DNA from: Vulcanimicrobiota bacterium | GTDB lineage: Bacteria; Vulcanimicrobiota; Vulcanimicrobiia; Vulcanimicrobiales; Vulcanimicrobiaceae | Length of the DNA: 64,000 bases | Reading direction: 5' to 3' | Assembly (NCBI GenBank): GCA_963833095.1 | Contig: CAWHWQ010000002.1 | Coordinates: 96,001 to 160,000, forward strand | Part shown: positions 43,090-52,190 of the stretch, one piece after another | Numbering within the stretch: position 1 is the stretch's first letter | How the letters are laid out: each line of letters starts with the position of its first letter | Made by a program: the position numbers and the translations under genes | Notes under the pieces: generated by a model | What the model was told of the DNA's origin: nothing | Seen by the model: the letters and a program-made list of their open reading frames with translations, nothing else | Databases searched by the model: none

Positions 43090-43757
43090 TGCAGCGGGTT
43101 CTCCCCGGCGGCGCGCCACTTGAGCACCACGATCGGCGTTTGTTCGTCGCCGTTGCCGTGGGGGTTGTCGAGCAGCGCCTGTTCGACCGCGGCGCGATCG
43201 ACGCCGCGCGAGGCTCCCAGCACTTTAGCTTTGTGCAGATCGTTGGCATCGACGATCGCGCAGGCTACGCCGGTCACGGCGGCGATCGTTTCGCAGACAT
43301 CGTCGGGATCGCGTGGTGACAACACGATTGCGCGCTCGTAGGGCGGCATCGTTCCGGTGTAGCCGTCGATCGCGGCGATCGCCTCGCCCATCAATTCGTA
43401 GAATACGCCGCGCTTGCCAAAAACGCGGCCGACCGCATGCAGCACTGAAGCGAAAAACACGCGCCATGCGCCGACCTGATCGATCACGAGTTGGACGGAT
43501 TCGGGCTGACTGACCGTCGCGAGCGCGCCGGCTCGGCGCGCAAGCACGTAGGCTAAACGCGACGGGCGAATGTGCTCCGCCGCGACGAACTCACCTTGCG
43601 CGATGGCTACGGCTGTTTCGGAGATCGCGATCACGTCGCCAGAACGCGCGATGCCATGCACTGCCGCCGCGACGAGCACGCTAAGGTCGTCGCCCTCGCG
43701 CACGATGCGCGTGCGGACGGGGATTGCAACCAAACCGGGAATGCGCGTGGCCGTCAA
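43083..43757 (-). CDS. CofE-like (F420-0:gamma-glutamyl ligase family) protein inside the dcw operon
   Basis: IVREGDDL, GDVIAISE, AIDG, LSPRDPD, AIVDAND, DNPHGNGDEQTP; overlaps murF stop and mraY start. Confidence 0.8.
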   Translation of the reverse strand: MTATRIPGLVAIPVRTRIVREGDDLSVLVAAAVHGIARSGDVIAISETAVAIAQGEFVAAEHIRPSRLAYVLARRAGALATVSQPESVQLVIDQVGAWRVFFASVLHAVGRVFGKRGVFYELMGEAIAAIDGYTGTMPPYERAIVLSPRDPDDVCETIAAVTGVACAIVDANDLHKAKVLGASRGVDRAAVEQALLDNPHGNGDEQTPIVVLKWRAAGENPLQC

Positions 43758-45133
43758 CGCCGTAACTCCTCGACGATTTCCTCTAACTTATATTTGCGCG
43801 AACCCTTGAGCAACACCGCGTCGCCGGCTCGCGCGTGATCGCGCACCCACCGCGCTGCCTGTTCGTTCGTCATGAAGGGCACGATGCGCTCCGAGGGGAG
43901 CCCTGCGCTGCGCGCTCCTAGAGCAAGCTCGCCCGCGAATTCGCCGCCGACCAGCATCACGTCGACCTTGGTGGCCGCGGCATGTCCGCCGACACGGCGA
44001 TGTAAGTCGGCCGCTCCCTCGCCAAGCTCGGCCATGCTTGCAAGCAGGGCGATATGGCGCGGCGCAGATTCGGCCGCAAAGGCGTCGAGCGCCGCCATCA
44101 TCCCGGCGGCGTTGGCGTTGTAGGCATCGAAGATCAAAACCACGCCGCTCTGAAGCGCGATGCGCTCGTAACGCCCGCTGGGCAATTCGATTTGCGGAAT
44201 CGCCGCGACGATCTGACGCGGATCGATGCCGTGCTCACGCGCTGCGGCGATCGCGGCTGCGAGATTGGCGCGATTGTGCAAGCCGGGAACGCGCGCGTCG
44301 ATCGAGTAGTTGTCGTCGCGGTCGCCGTCGATTTCGAGCCACTGCTGGGCGCCCGAGATCGCGCTGACGCGCCCGTGCATCGGGATGTCGCCGCCGACTT
44401 CGCCCGCAAAAAACCAATGCGAGGGTTTGGCTAGCGACGGCGCGCGGCGAATCGACGTGACGTCGCGCGCATTGAGAATCGCGCGCGCGCCGGTCGAAAA
44501 GAGCGCCCACTTCGTTTCTTCGAGCCGCTCGCGCGTGCCCATGATTTCCAAATGCGCATCACCGACGTTGGTAAGAATGCCCAGATCCGGCCGCGCGGCG
44601 CGTACCAGCCGCTCGATGTCGCCGTAGTGCCGCGCGCCCAACTCGATGACGAGCAACTCGTGCTTGTCGTTGTCGGCGGCTAGCAGCAGTTTGCTCACGC
44701 CGACTTCGTTATTCTCATTGGCGGGCGAGGCCAAGATGCGATCGCCGTAGCGCACGGAAAGCAGTTGCGCGGCAAAGGCTTTGGTCGTGGTCTTCCCCGC
44801 GCTGCCGGTGATCGCGAGCACGCGTCCGCGAAAATGCGCGCGCGCCACGCCGGCCAGATCCAAGTAGGCCTGCAAGGTTTCCTCGACCACGAGCGTGGTC
44901 GTGCCCGCAACGGCGGCATCGGGATCCTCGACGATCAAGGCTTTCGCGCCGCGCTCGACGGCTTCGCGTGTGTAGGCATGGCCGTCGAAGTGCTCGCCGC
45001 GCAGCGCAAGAAATGTTTGCCCCGGCACAATGGTGCGGGTGTCGCTCACGACGTCGACGTGCGACGGCGCCGCGTCGATATCGAGCACCTGCGCCTGCGT
45101 CCCCTTGACCGCTTCGTCGAACGTCAGCTTCAT
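43754..45133 (-). CDS. murF: UDP-MurNAc-tripeptide--D-Ala-D-Ala ligase
   Basis: SDTR, FDGH, TGSAGKTTTK, DAYNAN, LKGSR. Confidence 0.95.
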   Translation of the reverse strand: MKLTFDEAVKGTQAQVLDIDAAPSHVDVVSDTRTIVPGQTFLALRGEHFDGHAYTREAVERGAKALIVEDPDAAVAGTTTLVVEETLQAYLDLAGVARAHFRGRVLAITGSAGKTTTKAFAAQLLSVRYGDRILASPANENNEVGVSKLLLAADNDKHELLVIELGARHYGDIERLVRAARPDLGILTNVGDAHLEIMGTRERLEETKWALFSTGARAILNARDVTSIRRAPSLAKPSHWFFAGEVGGDIPMHGRVSAISGAQQWLEIDGDRDDNYSIDARVPGLHNRANLAAAIAAAREHGIDPRQIVAAIPQIELPSGRYERIALQSGVVLIFDAYNANAAGMMAALDAFAAESAPRHIALLASMAELGEGAADLHRRVGGHAAATKVDVMLVGGEFAGELALGARSAGLPSERIVPFMTNEQAARWVRDHARAGDAVLLKGSRKYKLEEIVEELRR

Positions 45134-46581
45134 GTTCGCGCACCTCGCGCGGCGAGCGCCTCGCGCGCAACGGCGACGTCATCGAAGGGCAGCGTCTGCG
45201 TGCCGATGATTTGATACGTTTCGTGGCCTTTGCCTGCGATGAGCACCACGTCGCCCGGCGCGGCTTCTTCGATCGCGCGGCGAATGGCGATCCGGCGATC
45301 GATTTCGGCCACATGCGGATGCGCGCCGATTCCGGTTTCGATGTCGGCCACGATCGCTTGCGGCGATTCACTGCGCGGATTGTCGCTGGTGACGTAAACG
45401 CGATCTGCAAACGCTGCTGCAATGCGGCCCATCTCCGGGCGCTTGCCGCGATCGCGATCGCCGCCGCACCCGAACACGACGGCCAGCTTGTGCGGCGTCG
45501 TTTCGCGCAGTGCGATCAGCGCGTTCTCGAGCGAATCGGGGGTATGCGAGTAGTCGACCACGACGTCGATATCCCCACCGCTGACGTGCTCCATGCGTCC
45601 GGCCACGCGCACGAGCGTATCGAGTCCGCGCGCGCAGGTATCCAGATCGATGCCCAGCGTGATCGCGACAGCGATAGCGGCGAGCGCGTTTTGCACGTTG
45701 AAAAGGCCGGGAAGATGCACGCGCATCGCCGTGCCGTCGACGTCAAATGACGTTCCCGCGGCGTCGGGTTCGACGTTGCGCGCGACAACGTCGGCATCGC
45801 CGCGCAGCGAGTAGGTCAGCGTCGGTACCTTGCGGCGCACTTCGGGGAGCCAACGCGCGCCGTGCTCGTCGTCGATATTGAGCACCGCGGCCTGGGTCAT
45901 GTGAAAGAGGCGATGTTTTGCGGCGGCGTAGGCTTCGAGCGTCTGATGAAAGTCGAGATGATCGCGCGTGATATTAGTCAACGCCGCGACGCGAAAGTGC
46001 ACGTCCTCGACGCGATCGAGGGCCAGGGCATGCGAGCTGACTTCCATGGCAACGGCCCAAGCCCCGAGTTCGCGCATCTGCGCGAGCAGACCGTGCAACT
46101 CGGGCGGCTGCGGCGTGGTCTGATCGAGCGTCCACGAACGATCGCGAAAGTGCGCGCCGACCGTGCCGATCACCCCGCACGGACGACCCGAGGTTTCTAC
46201 AATTGCAGCGATCATGCGCGTGGTCGTGGTTTTTCCGTTGGTGCCGGTGACGCCAAGCACGTCAACCGCGCGTGACGGATCGCCGTAAAAGGCCGCCGCG
46301 ATCACCGAAAGCGCGCGGCGCGAATCCGGCACGGCAATCGCCGTGACGTGCTCGGGCACATCGAGCGCGCGCGCTTCTTCCAAGACGACCGCGGTCGCGC
46401 CATTGTGGGCTGCGGCTTGGATAAAGGCGTGTCCGTCGGTGTGCTCCCCGGCAAGCGCAACGAACATCGCGCCGGGCGTGACCCGGCGCGAATCGATCTC
46501 GATGCTTGCAATCTCGCGCGCCGAGTCGCCGATGACACGCGTACTTGCGGGCAAGCGTGCGACGAGCTGCGCGATCGTCAC
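45130..46581 (-). CDS. murE: UDP-MurNAc-dipeptide--meso-DAP ligase
   Basis: GTNGKTT, MEVSSH, DYSHTPD, DNPR (DAP-type motif), GKGHE. Confidence 0.96.
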   Translation of the reverse strand: MTIAQLVARLPASTRVIGDSAREIASIEIDSRRVTPGAMFVALAGEHTDGHAFIQAAAHNGATAVVLEEARALDVPEHVTAIAVPDSRRALSVIAAAFYGDPSRAVDVLGVTGTNGKTTTTRMIAAIVETSGRPCGVIGTVGAHFRDRSWTLDQTTPQPPELHGLLAQMRELGAWAVAMEVSSHALALDRVEDVHFRVAALTNITRDHLDFHQTLEAYAAAKHRLFHMTQAAVLNIDDEHGARWLPEVRRKVPTLTYSLRGDADVVARNVEPDAAGTSFDVDGTAMRVHLPGLFNVQNALAAIAVAITLGIDLDTCARGLDTLVRVAGRMEHVSGGDIDVVVDYSHTPDSLENALIALRETTPHKLAVVFGCGGDRDRGKRPEMGRIAAAFADRVYVTSDNPRSESPQAIVADIETGIGAHPHVAEIDRRIAIRRAIEEAAPGDVVLIAGKGHETYQIIGTQTLPFDDVAVAREALAARGART

Positions 46582-48303
46582 GGAAGAACTCCCGCATGCA
46601 GCATCGCTTCGCGCGCGATCTTCACGAAGACCGGGGCGGCCACGATGCCGCCGTAGTAGGCGCCCTGCGGATCTTCGATCTTGACATAGATGACGTAACG
46701 CGGATGCTCGGCTGGAATCATGCCGATGAACGACGCTGCGTATGCTCCGGTCGAGTATTGCCCGTTGACGACCATTTGCGCGGTGCCGGTTTTGCCGGCG
46801 GTGGTGTAGCCCGGAATTTGCGCGACGCCTTTGCCGGTGCCGCCGGTCACGACCGCGCGTAAGAACGAGCGCAACTCAGCCGCAATCTTTTGCGAGAAGA
46901 CGCGATGCTCGACTTCGGGCGGGTAATCGTAGACGACTTTGCCGTGCTGATCTTCGATCGCCTTGACAATGCGCGGGCGAAGCAGCGTACCGCCATTGGC
47001 GATCGCGCAGTAGTAGCGCGCCATCGCAATCGGCGTTACCGAGACGCCTTGACCAAACGCCATCGTGGGCAGCGACAGTTCGCTCCACTGCGCGGGCGCG
47101 GGCACGATTCCCGGACTCTCGCCGGGCAACTCGACGTCGCTGACTTCGCCGAATCCGGCGTTGCGTTCCATGTCGTAGAAATTCTGTTGGCCGGTCGCAA
47201 GCCCGACTTCTGCCGCGCCGACGTTGTGCGAATACTCGACGATCTCTTGCAGCGTCTCGGTGCTGCTGCGCACCGGCATGTCGTCGTCGGCGTTGTGAAT
47301 CGTGTGGCCGTCGAGCGTCAGCGTCTCGCGCGCGGGGAAGCGCGTCTGCAGATTCACGCGACCCGAGGCCAGCGCGGCGGCGGCGGTGACGAGTTTGAAG
47401 GTCGAGCCGGGCTCATAGGTATCCGCCACGGCACGGTCGTCGTAATCGCGCGCCGGATATTTCCAGAAGTGGTTCGGATCGAAGTGTGGGACGTTCGCCA
47501 TGGCCAAGATCTCGCCGGTCCACGGATCCATCACGATCGCGGTGCCGTCTTTCGCGTGATACTTCGCGACTTCTTGATCGAGGGCTTGCTTCGGTGACGA
47601 ACTGCAGGTATGAGTCGACGGTCAATTCGAGAGAATACCCGGGCTGCGCCGCGCTCACCACGTGCTCGTGGCCAAAGGGAATCGGCCGTCCGAAATCGTC
47701 GGTTTCGAGCGTCACCTGGCCCGACTGGCCGCGCAGCAGTTGATCGAACTGGTATTCCAGACCGTCGAGCCCATTTTCATCGGTACCGACGAAACCCAGA
47801 ATCGTCGAGGCCATGTTGCCGACCATGTCGATGCGTTTTCCGGTCGGCTCTTCTTTGAGCGCGATACCGCCCATGTCGGCTTTGCGCACGCGATCGGCGA
47901 TCTCGACGGGGACCTTGCGCGCGATCCAGACGAACCAGATCGACTTGTCGTGCAACTCGGTGACGATCGCCGGATCGAGTTTACCGAAGATCGCCTGGAG
48001 CTTTGCGACGGTGGCGTCGGGATCGGTGAGGTCGTGCGGCACGGCGTAGACGCTCTCGGAGGGGAGAGAACGCACCAGCACCGTGCCGTTACGGTCGGCA
48101 ATGAATCCGCGCCGCGCAAAAACCTCGACCGTGTCGGAACGCTGTGCGAGCGCTCGAGCGGCGAGGGTTGGGCCTTGCACGACTTGGACGAGATAGAGAC
48201 GCGCGCACAGATACGCGCCCATCAGCGCGACCAGATAGAAAAAGAGTTTCGCGCGCATCGGTGCGACGCGCGCGAAAGCTCGATGATGGAGCGTGCGCGC
48301 CAC
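46578..48303 (-). CDS. ftsI: Class B penicillin-binding protein FtsI (+1 frameshift near 47590)
   Basis: RRG.I.DRNG dimerisation domain; EPGSTFK, SHN, KTGT. Confidence 0.93.
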
Positions 48304-48306
48304 CGG

Positions 48307-48732
48307 CTAGAACCAGGCGGCGATGGTATCGAAGAGCGGTATCCTCGACTTCGCAACCAGTGGTGGTGCGTCGAGATGCGCGACCGTAAAGGTCTGCGCA
48401 TCGTGCATGTTCAGCTTAGCAGCCAGCGCTGCAAGCCGTTCTTCGGAGCTGGCTTGCGCGATGCGATCGTCGAGCCGCGCGGTTTGTTCTTGCAAGGCGT
48501 CGCGTTGATGATGCGCCTTGTCGACCGCATAGGTGAGGCTGGTGGTGTTGGAGAGGAGCATGACGTAGGTCATGAGACCGATGAGCGCGACGCACAGTCC
48601 GGTGGTGACGCGGACGATCGCGGTGTAGCGCGCGCGCGTCGTTTTAACGATGCGCGTCTGGGTGGCGGTGCGAGCGCTGCGCGGATTTTTGATGCGCGGG
48701 CGGTGGTCGACCTTGGGTTGAGCCATTGCCAT
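48307..48732 (-). CDS. ftsL: FtsL-like cell division protein
   Basis: Position between rsmH and ftsI; basic N-terminus, one TM, coiled coil. Confidence 0.7.
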   Translation of the reverse strand: MAMAQPKVDHRPRIKNPRSARTATQTRIVKTTRARYTAIVRVTTGLCVALIGLMTYVMLLSNTTSLTYAVDKAHHQRDALQEQTARLDDRIAQASSEERLAALAAKLNMHDAQTFTVAHLDAPPLVAKSRIPLFDTIAAWF

Positions 48733-48735
48733 GGG

Positions 48736-49608
48736 TTAACTTGCCTTCCGTTGCGCGGCACGCAGCTTGGCGCTGCGGGCCCGGGGATTCTCGGCCATCT
48801 CGCGCGCGTCGGGCACGAGCGGCTTTTTGGTGAGGATTTCTAAGCGCGCGTCGCCCCGGAACGTGTGCTTGACGATGCGATCTTCGAGCGAATGAAAGCT
48901 GATCGCGACGATGCGTCCGCCGGCGCGCAACGTGTCGACCGCTGCAGCGAGGCCTTCGCGCAGCACGTCGAGCTCGTCGTTGACGGCGATGCGCAGCGCT
49001 TGAAAGACGCGTGTAGCGGGATGGATGCGCTCGCGCTTGCCCGGCCGATGCACGACACCCGAAACGAACTGCGCAAATTCAAACGTCGTCTTGGGCAATT
49101 TGCCGGCCGTGCGCCGTTCGACGATCGCGTGCGCGATGCGCCGCGCCGCGCGCTCTTCGCCGTACATGAAGAAGATGTCAGCGAGTTCACGCTCGGTCGC
49201 AGTAGTGAGGATGTCGTAGGCGCTGCGCCCCCGGTACGGGTTCATGCGCATATCGAGCGGCGCGCTATCGCGAAACGAGAAGCCGCGCTCTGCATTATCC
49301 AATTGCATCGACGAAACTCCCAAATCGAAGAGCACTCCGTCGACCTGCTCCACCCCGCAGTCGTTCAGGACCCGACGCAGTTCCGAGAAATTCGCATGGA
49401 CGAAAGTAAACGATGGAAGCGTAATGGCTTGCGCGCGTGCAATCGCGTCCGGATCCGCGTCGAGCGCGATCAACCGGCCGGTTTGCAACTGCGAGAGAAT
49501 CGCTTTCGAGTGGCCACCCGCGCCGAAGGTCGCATCGACGTACGTCCCATCCGGCCGGATCGCCAAATAGTCGATCGCCGCATCGAGCAAGACCGAGACG
49601 TGCATCAT
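48736..49608 (-). CDS. rsmH: 16S rRNA m4C1402 methyltransferase
   Basis: DATFGAGGHS, DLGVSSMQ, FQALRIAVN, SFHSLED, RSAKLR. Confidence 0.97.
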   Translation of the reverse strand: MMHVSVLLDAAIDYLAIRPDGTYVDATFGAGGHSKAILSQLQTGRLIALDADPDAIARAQAITLPSFTFVHANFSELRRVLNDCGVEQVDGVLFDLGVSSMQLDNAERGFSFRDSAPLDMRMNPYRGRSAYDILTTATERELADIFFMYGEERAARRIAHAIVERRTAGKLPKTTFEFAQFVSGVVHRPGKRERIHPATRVFQALRIAVNDELDVLREGLAAAVDTLRAGGRIVAISFHSLEDRIVKHTFRGDARLEILTKKPLVPDAREMAENPRARSAKLRAAQRKAS

Positions 49609-49620
49609 GGAGGCATCCCA

Positions 49621-50064
49621 TCAGAAGAGCCCGAGGTCGGCCATAAACTCAGCCACCTCGCCCTCCGGCGCAGCGTGCGCGGAATATTGTTCTTTGGCCC
49701 AGATCTCGACGCGGGTGAGCGCACCGATGGAGACGACGTCGCGGTCGATCGAAGCGTAGCCGCGCTGCGCGGCCGGGATCAGCAGCCGCCCTTGCGCATC
49801 GCACGCCACTTCCTCTGTATGTGCAAAGATGTTGCGCACAATGCGACGGAAACGCTCATCCTTGCGCGGAGCCTCCTCCAGGCGCGTGCAGAACTCGGCC
49901 CAGGTGACGCTGGGGTAGAGCGCAAGGCATGGCTCAGGCTGAGCAATCGTGATGACGAAGCCCGCCCCAAGCCGATCCCGAAAGCGCGCAGGGACGATGA
50001 GGCGCCCTTTCTCATCGAGGGCATGCTCCACCGAACCCGTAAAGCGCGGTAGCTCCGCGTGCAA
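49621..50064 (-). CDS. mraZ: Transcriptional regulator MraZ
   Basis: DEKGRLIVP and DAQGRLLIP repeats; TTG start after GGAGGG. Confidence 0.95.
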   Translation of the reverse strand: MHAELPRFTGSVEHALDEKGRLIVPARFRDRLGAGFVITIAQPEPCLALYPSVTWAEFCTRLEEAPRKDERFRRIVRNIFAHTEEVACDAQGRLLIPAAQRGYASIDRDVVSIGALTRVEIWAKEQYSAHAAPEGEVAEFMADLGLF

Positions 50065-50079
50065 GGTCCCTCCCCCAGA

Positions 50080-50132
50080 CACCACTCAGCACCACTTCAC
50101 ACCACTATACCCGCTGAGGGAGACAAGGGCAA
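50080..50132 (-). promoter_or_regulatory. dcw promoter (TTGCCC-17-TATAGT) with three AGTGGTG MraZ boxes at 10-nt period
   Basis: ACCACT at 50081, 50091, 50101; GTGG repeats with 10-nt period are the established MraZ operator type. Confidence 0.8.
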
Positions 50133-50163
50133 AGGCGAACGGGTGTTCGACGCCTGTGAATTC

Positions 50164-50220
50164 CAGAAGTAGGCTGGACTCACAGAAGTGGGCTGGACTC
50201 ACAGAAGTGAACTGGACTGT
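50164..50220. repeat. Three tandem 19-bp direct repeats, consensus CAGAAGTGGGCTGGACTCA
   Basis: Units at 50164, 50183, 50202; CTGTGAAT at 50154-50161 and 50217-50224. Confidence 0.85.
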
Positions 50221-50258
50221 GAATCATCGGCGTTAGGAACCGAGCGCTCCAAGCGCTG

Positions 50259-50786
50259 GTGGCCAGGAAACGCACGCCGATGAACGCGAACGGCAAGCGC
50301 ATGACATCCGCCCGCTGGCTCATGAACCGCATTGCCGCAGCCATCGCCGGAGCGATTCTCGTCGGGGTGGGTGCTGGTGCTATCCAGGCGGCCGTGAAAG
50401 CCCTCTCATGTGGGCCCACGTGCACCACCCTAAAGGGTAGCGGCGACGGGGTCATGCATTGCGTCGCATATGCTTCTACATGCGGTTACTTCGCTGGGGA
50501 CTTAATATTTGCAGCGATCTGGTCGACGGCTTTCGCGATCGTCCTCGGTACGTTGCCCGGCCTCGCAGCGCTAACACTGACACCGGCGAAACGTCACCCC
50601 TGGCGTTCGTTGCCGGCCCTAGTCCTGGGAACGTTGGCAGGCTTCGGCATTTGGTGTTGTCTCGCAACCCTGACTCCGACGATCGGCGAAGGCTGGGGCT
50701 GGCTCTTACTGCTCGCAATACCCTCAATCGCGGGTCTCTCGGTCGCATACCACATCGAGCGCCTACCTAAGCCGCTGCGCCCGTAA
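50259..50786 (+). CDS. Hypothetical membrane protein with Cys-containing loop (start uncertain)
   Basis: Four hydrophobic segments. Confidence 0.55.
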   Translation: MARKRTPMNANGKRMTSARWLMNRIAAAIAGAILVGVGAGAIQAAVKALSCGPTCTTLKGSGDGVMHCVAYASTCGYFAGDLIFAAIWSTAFAIVLGTLPGLAALTLTPAKRHPWRSLPALVLGTLAGFGIWCCLATLTPTIGEGWGWLLLLAIPSIAGLSVAYHIERLPKPLRP

Positions 50787-50922
50787 TCGGCCCTCGAATC
50801 AGCGGATCCGCCGCGCAGGCTGTCTGAGCACTCTTAATCCGCTAAACCCGGAGCAACGCTGGTAGTGGTTTCGCCCCCGTAGCAAGGCCTCGTCTCGCTT
50901 TCCTTGGCGAAGTAAGGCTCTT

Positions 50923-51105
50923 TTACGCAGCTCGTCCTTGTGTCACCCCCGACGACACTCGTGAGGGAACAATTCCAGCGAGGCGGCCGTACAGAATAAT
51001 CGTCTCTCGGCGGTGTCCAGTGATGCGCTCGACTTCCCGTGCGCTGTGGCCCTCGCGTAAGAGTTCAACGATGCGCTGTTGCTGCTCGACGGTTAGCGTA
51101 TTCAT
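50923..51105 (-). CDS. Small HTH protein resembling a transposase N-terminus (possible IS remnant)
   Basis: MNTLTVEQQQRIVELLREGHSAREVERITGHRRETI; 60 aa; no catalytic domain. Confidence 0.5.
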   Translation of the reverse strand: MNTLTVEQQQRIVELLREGHSAREVERITGHRRETIILYGRLAGIVPSRVSSGVTQGRAA

Positions 51106-51207
51106 GGGTGTTACTCTGCCGGTCGGCGGTCGTAGCCCTGCCGGCGTTGTCCGCTTTTGAAGCGCTAAGTATTCCCCGCGCACATTGGCTTTGCTATAAC
51201 TCTGGCC

Positions 51208-51810
51208 ATGAGCTACCTTGTCCCGACCGTCATCGAGAACACCGCCCGCGGCGAACGCGCCTTCGACATCTATTCGCGGCTCCTCAAAGACCGCATCGTC
51301 TTCATCAGTGGCGAAATCACCGACCAACTCGCGAGCCTTGCCGTCGCGCAGTTGCTCTTTCTGGAGAAAGAAGATCCCGACAAAGACGTCGATCTGTATA
51401 TCAACAGCCCGGGCGGCAGCGTCACCGCCGCGCTTGGAATTTACGATACGATGCAGTTCATCAAGCCGGCGGTCGCGACGATCTGCGTGGGGTTTGCGGC
51501 TTCGATGGCATCGGTGCTGCTAACGGGTGGTGCGCCGGGCAAGCGCGCCGCGCTTCCCTACAGTAAGATCCTCATCCACCAGCCCTGGATCGGCCAGATC
51601 GGCGGCCAAGCCAGCGACATCGAGTTACACGCGCGTGACTTGGTCGCCACGCGCAAGACACTCGCAGGCATTTACGCCAAGACGACGGGCAAACCGGAGG
51701 AGCAGATTTTACGCGATCTCGATCGCGATTTCTACATGACGCCCGAGCAAGCGCGCGAGTACGGTATCGTCGACGACGTGCTCGCAGCCAATGGCCGCGC
51801 TTCGGCCTAA
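51208..51810 (+). CDS. clpP: ATP-dependent Clp protease proteolytic subunit
   Basis: [32 protein letters not shown]. Confidence 0.97.
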   Translation: MSYLVPTVIENTARGERAFDIYSRLLKDRIVFISGEITDQLASLAVAQLLFLEKEDPDKDVDLYINSPGGSVTAALGIYDTMQFIKPAVATICVGFAASMASVLLTGGAPGKRAALPYSKILIHQPWIGQIGGQASDIELHARDLVATRKTLAGIYAKTTGKPEEQILRDLDRDFYMTPEQAREYGIVDDVLAANGRASA

Positions 51811-52190
51811 ACGGACCGCGGCATAACGCGGAAGGGGCCGGAAGCGCAAATTTCCGCAATTTCAGCATTGCTTAGGCGGCTAAAACGCTTGCTGCAGTAT
51901 TCGAACGAATCACCGGACTCAGTCGCGTCGTAACGCGCCTGTGCCTCCGAATTGAGCCCCAGGCGCTGCCGCACGGTCTTGTTCTTGAGGTTCACGCTAT
52001 ACGCGAGGCTCTCCCCAAAGAGGGAAATCTCCCCTCGCGCATTCGAGTAGCCGCCGTAAATAGGCTCGGCTTTCTCCGGTACTACCGTGTCTCGCGCCTT
52101 CGTAACGAGGGTCCCAACCGGTACAGCTATATCTAGAATCATTACAAGCCGTAGAACACCGAAAACGCGAAAAAGGTTTCCTGCCGTCAA
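51807..52190 (-). CDS. Hypothetical protein
   Basis: TTG start overlapping upstream stop; one N-terminal hydrophobic stretch. Confidence 0.4.
   Translation of the reverse strand: MTAGNLFRVFGVLRLVMILDIAVPVGTLVTKARDTVVPEKAEPIYGGYSNARGEISLFGESLAYSVNLKNKTVRQRLGLNSEAQARYDATESGDSFEYCSKRFSRLSNAEIAEICASGPFRVMPRSV

Noticed and set aside
43083..43757. Evidence for F420 biosynthesis
   Set aside because: No cofC/cofD/cofG/cofH in the window and the gene is coupled to mur genes; cannot be excluded genome-wide
50164..50220. Possible CRISPR array
   Set aside because: Units are 19 bp and directly adjacent with no unique spacers; no cas genes in the window
50787..50922. Possible structured ncRNA (RNase P, 6S or tRNA-like fragments)
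   Set aside because: Only a short AGCGGAT/ATCCGCT pairing; lacks RNase P GAGGAAAGUCC and a tRNA T-arm; a covariance-model search would be needed
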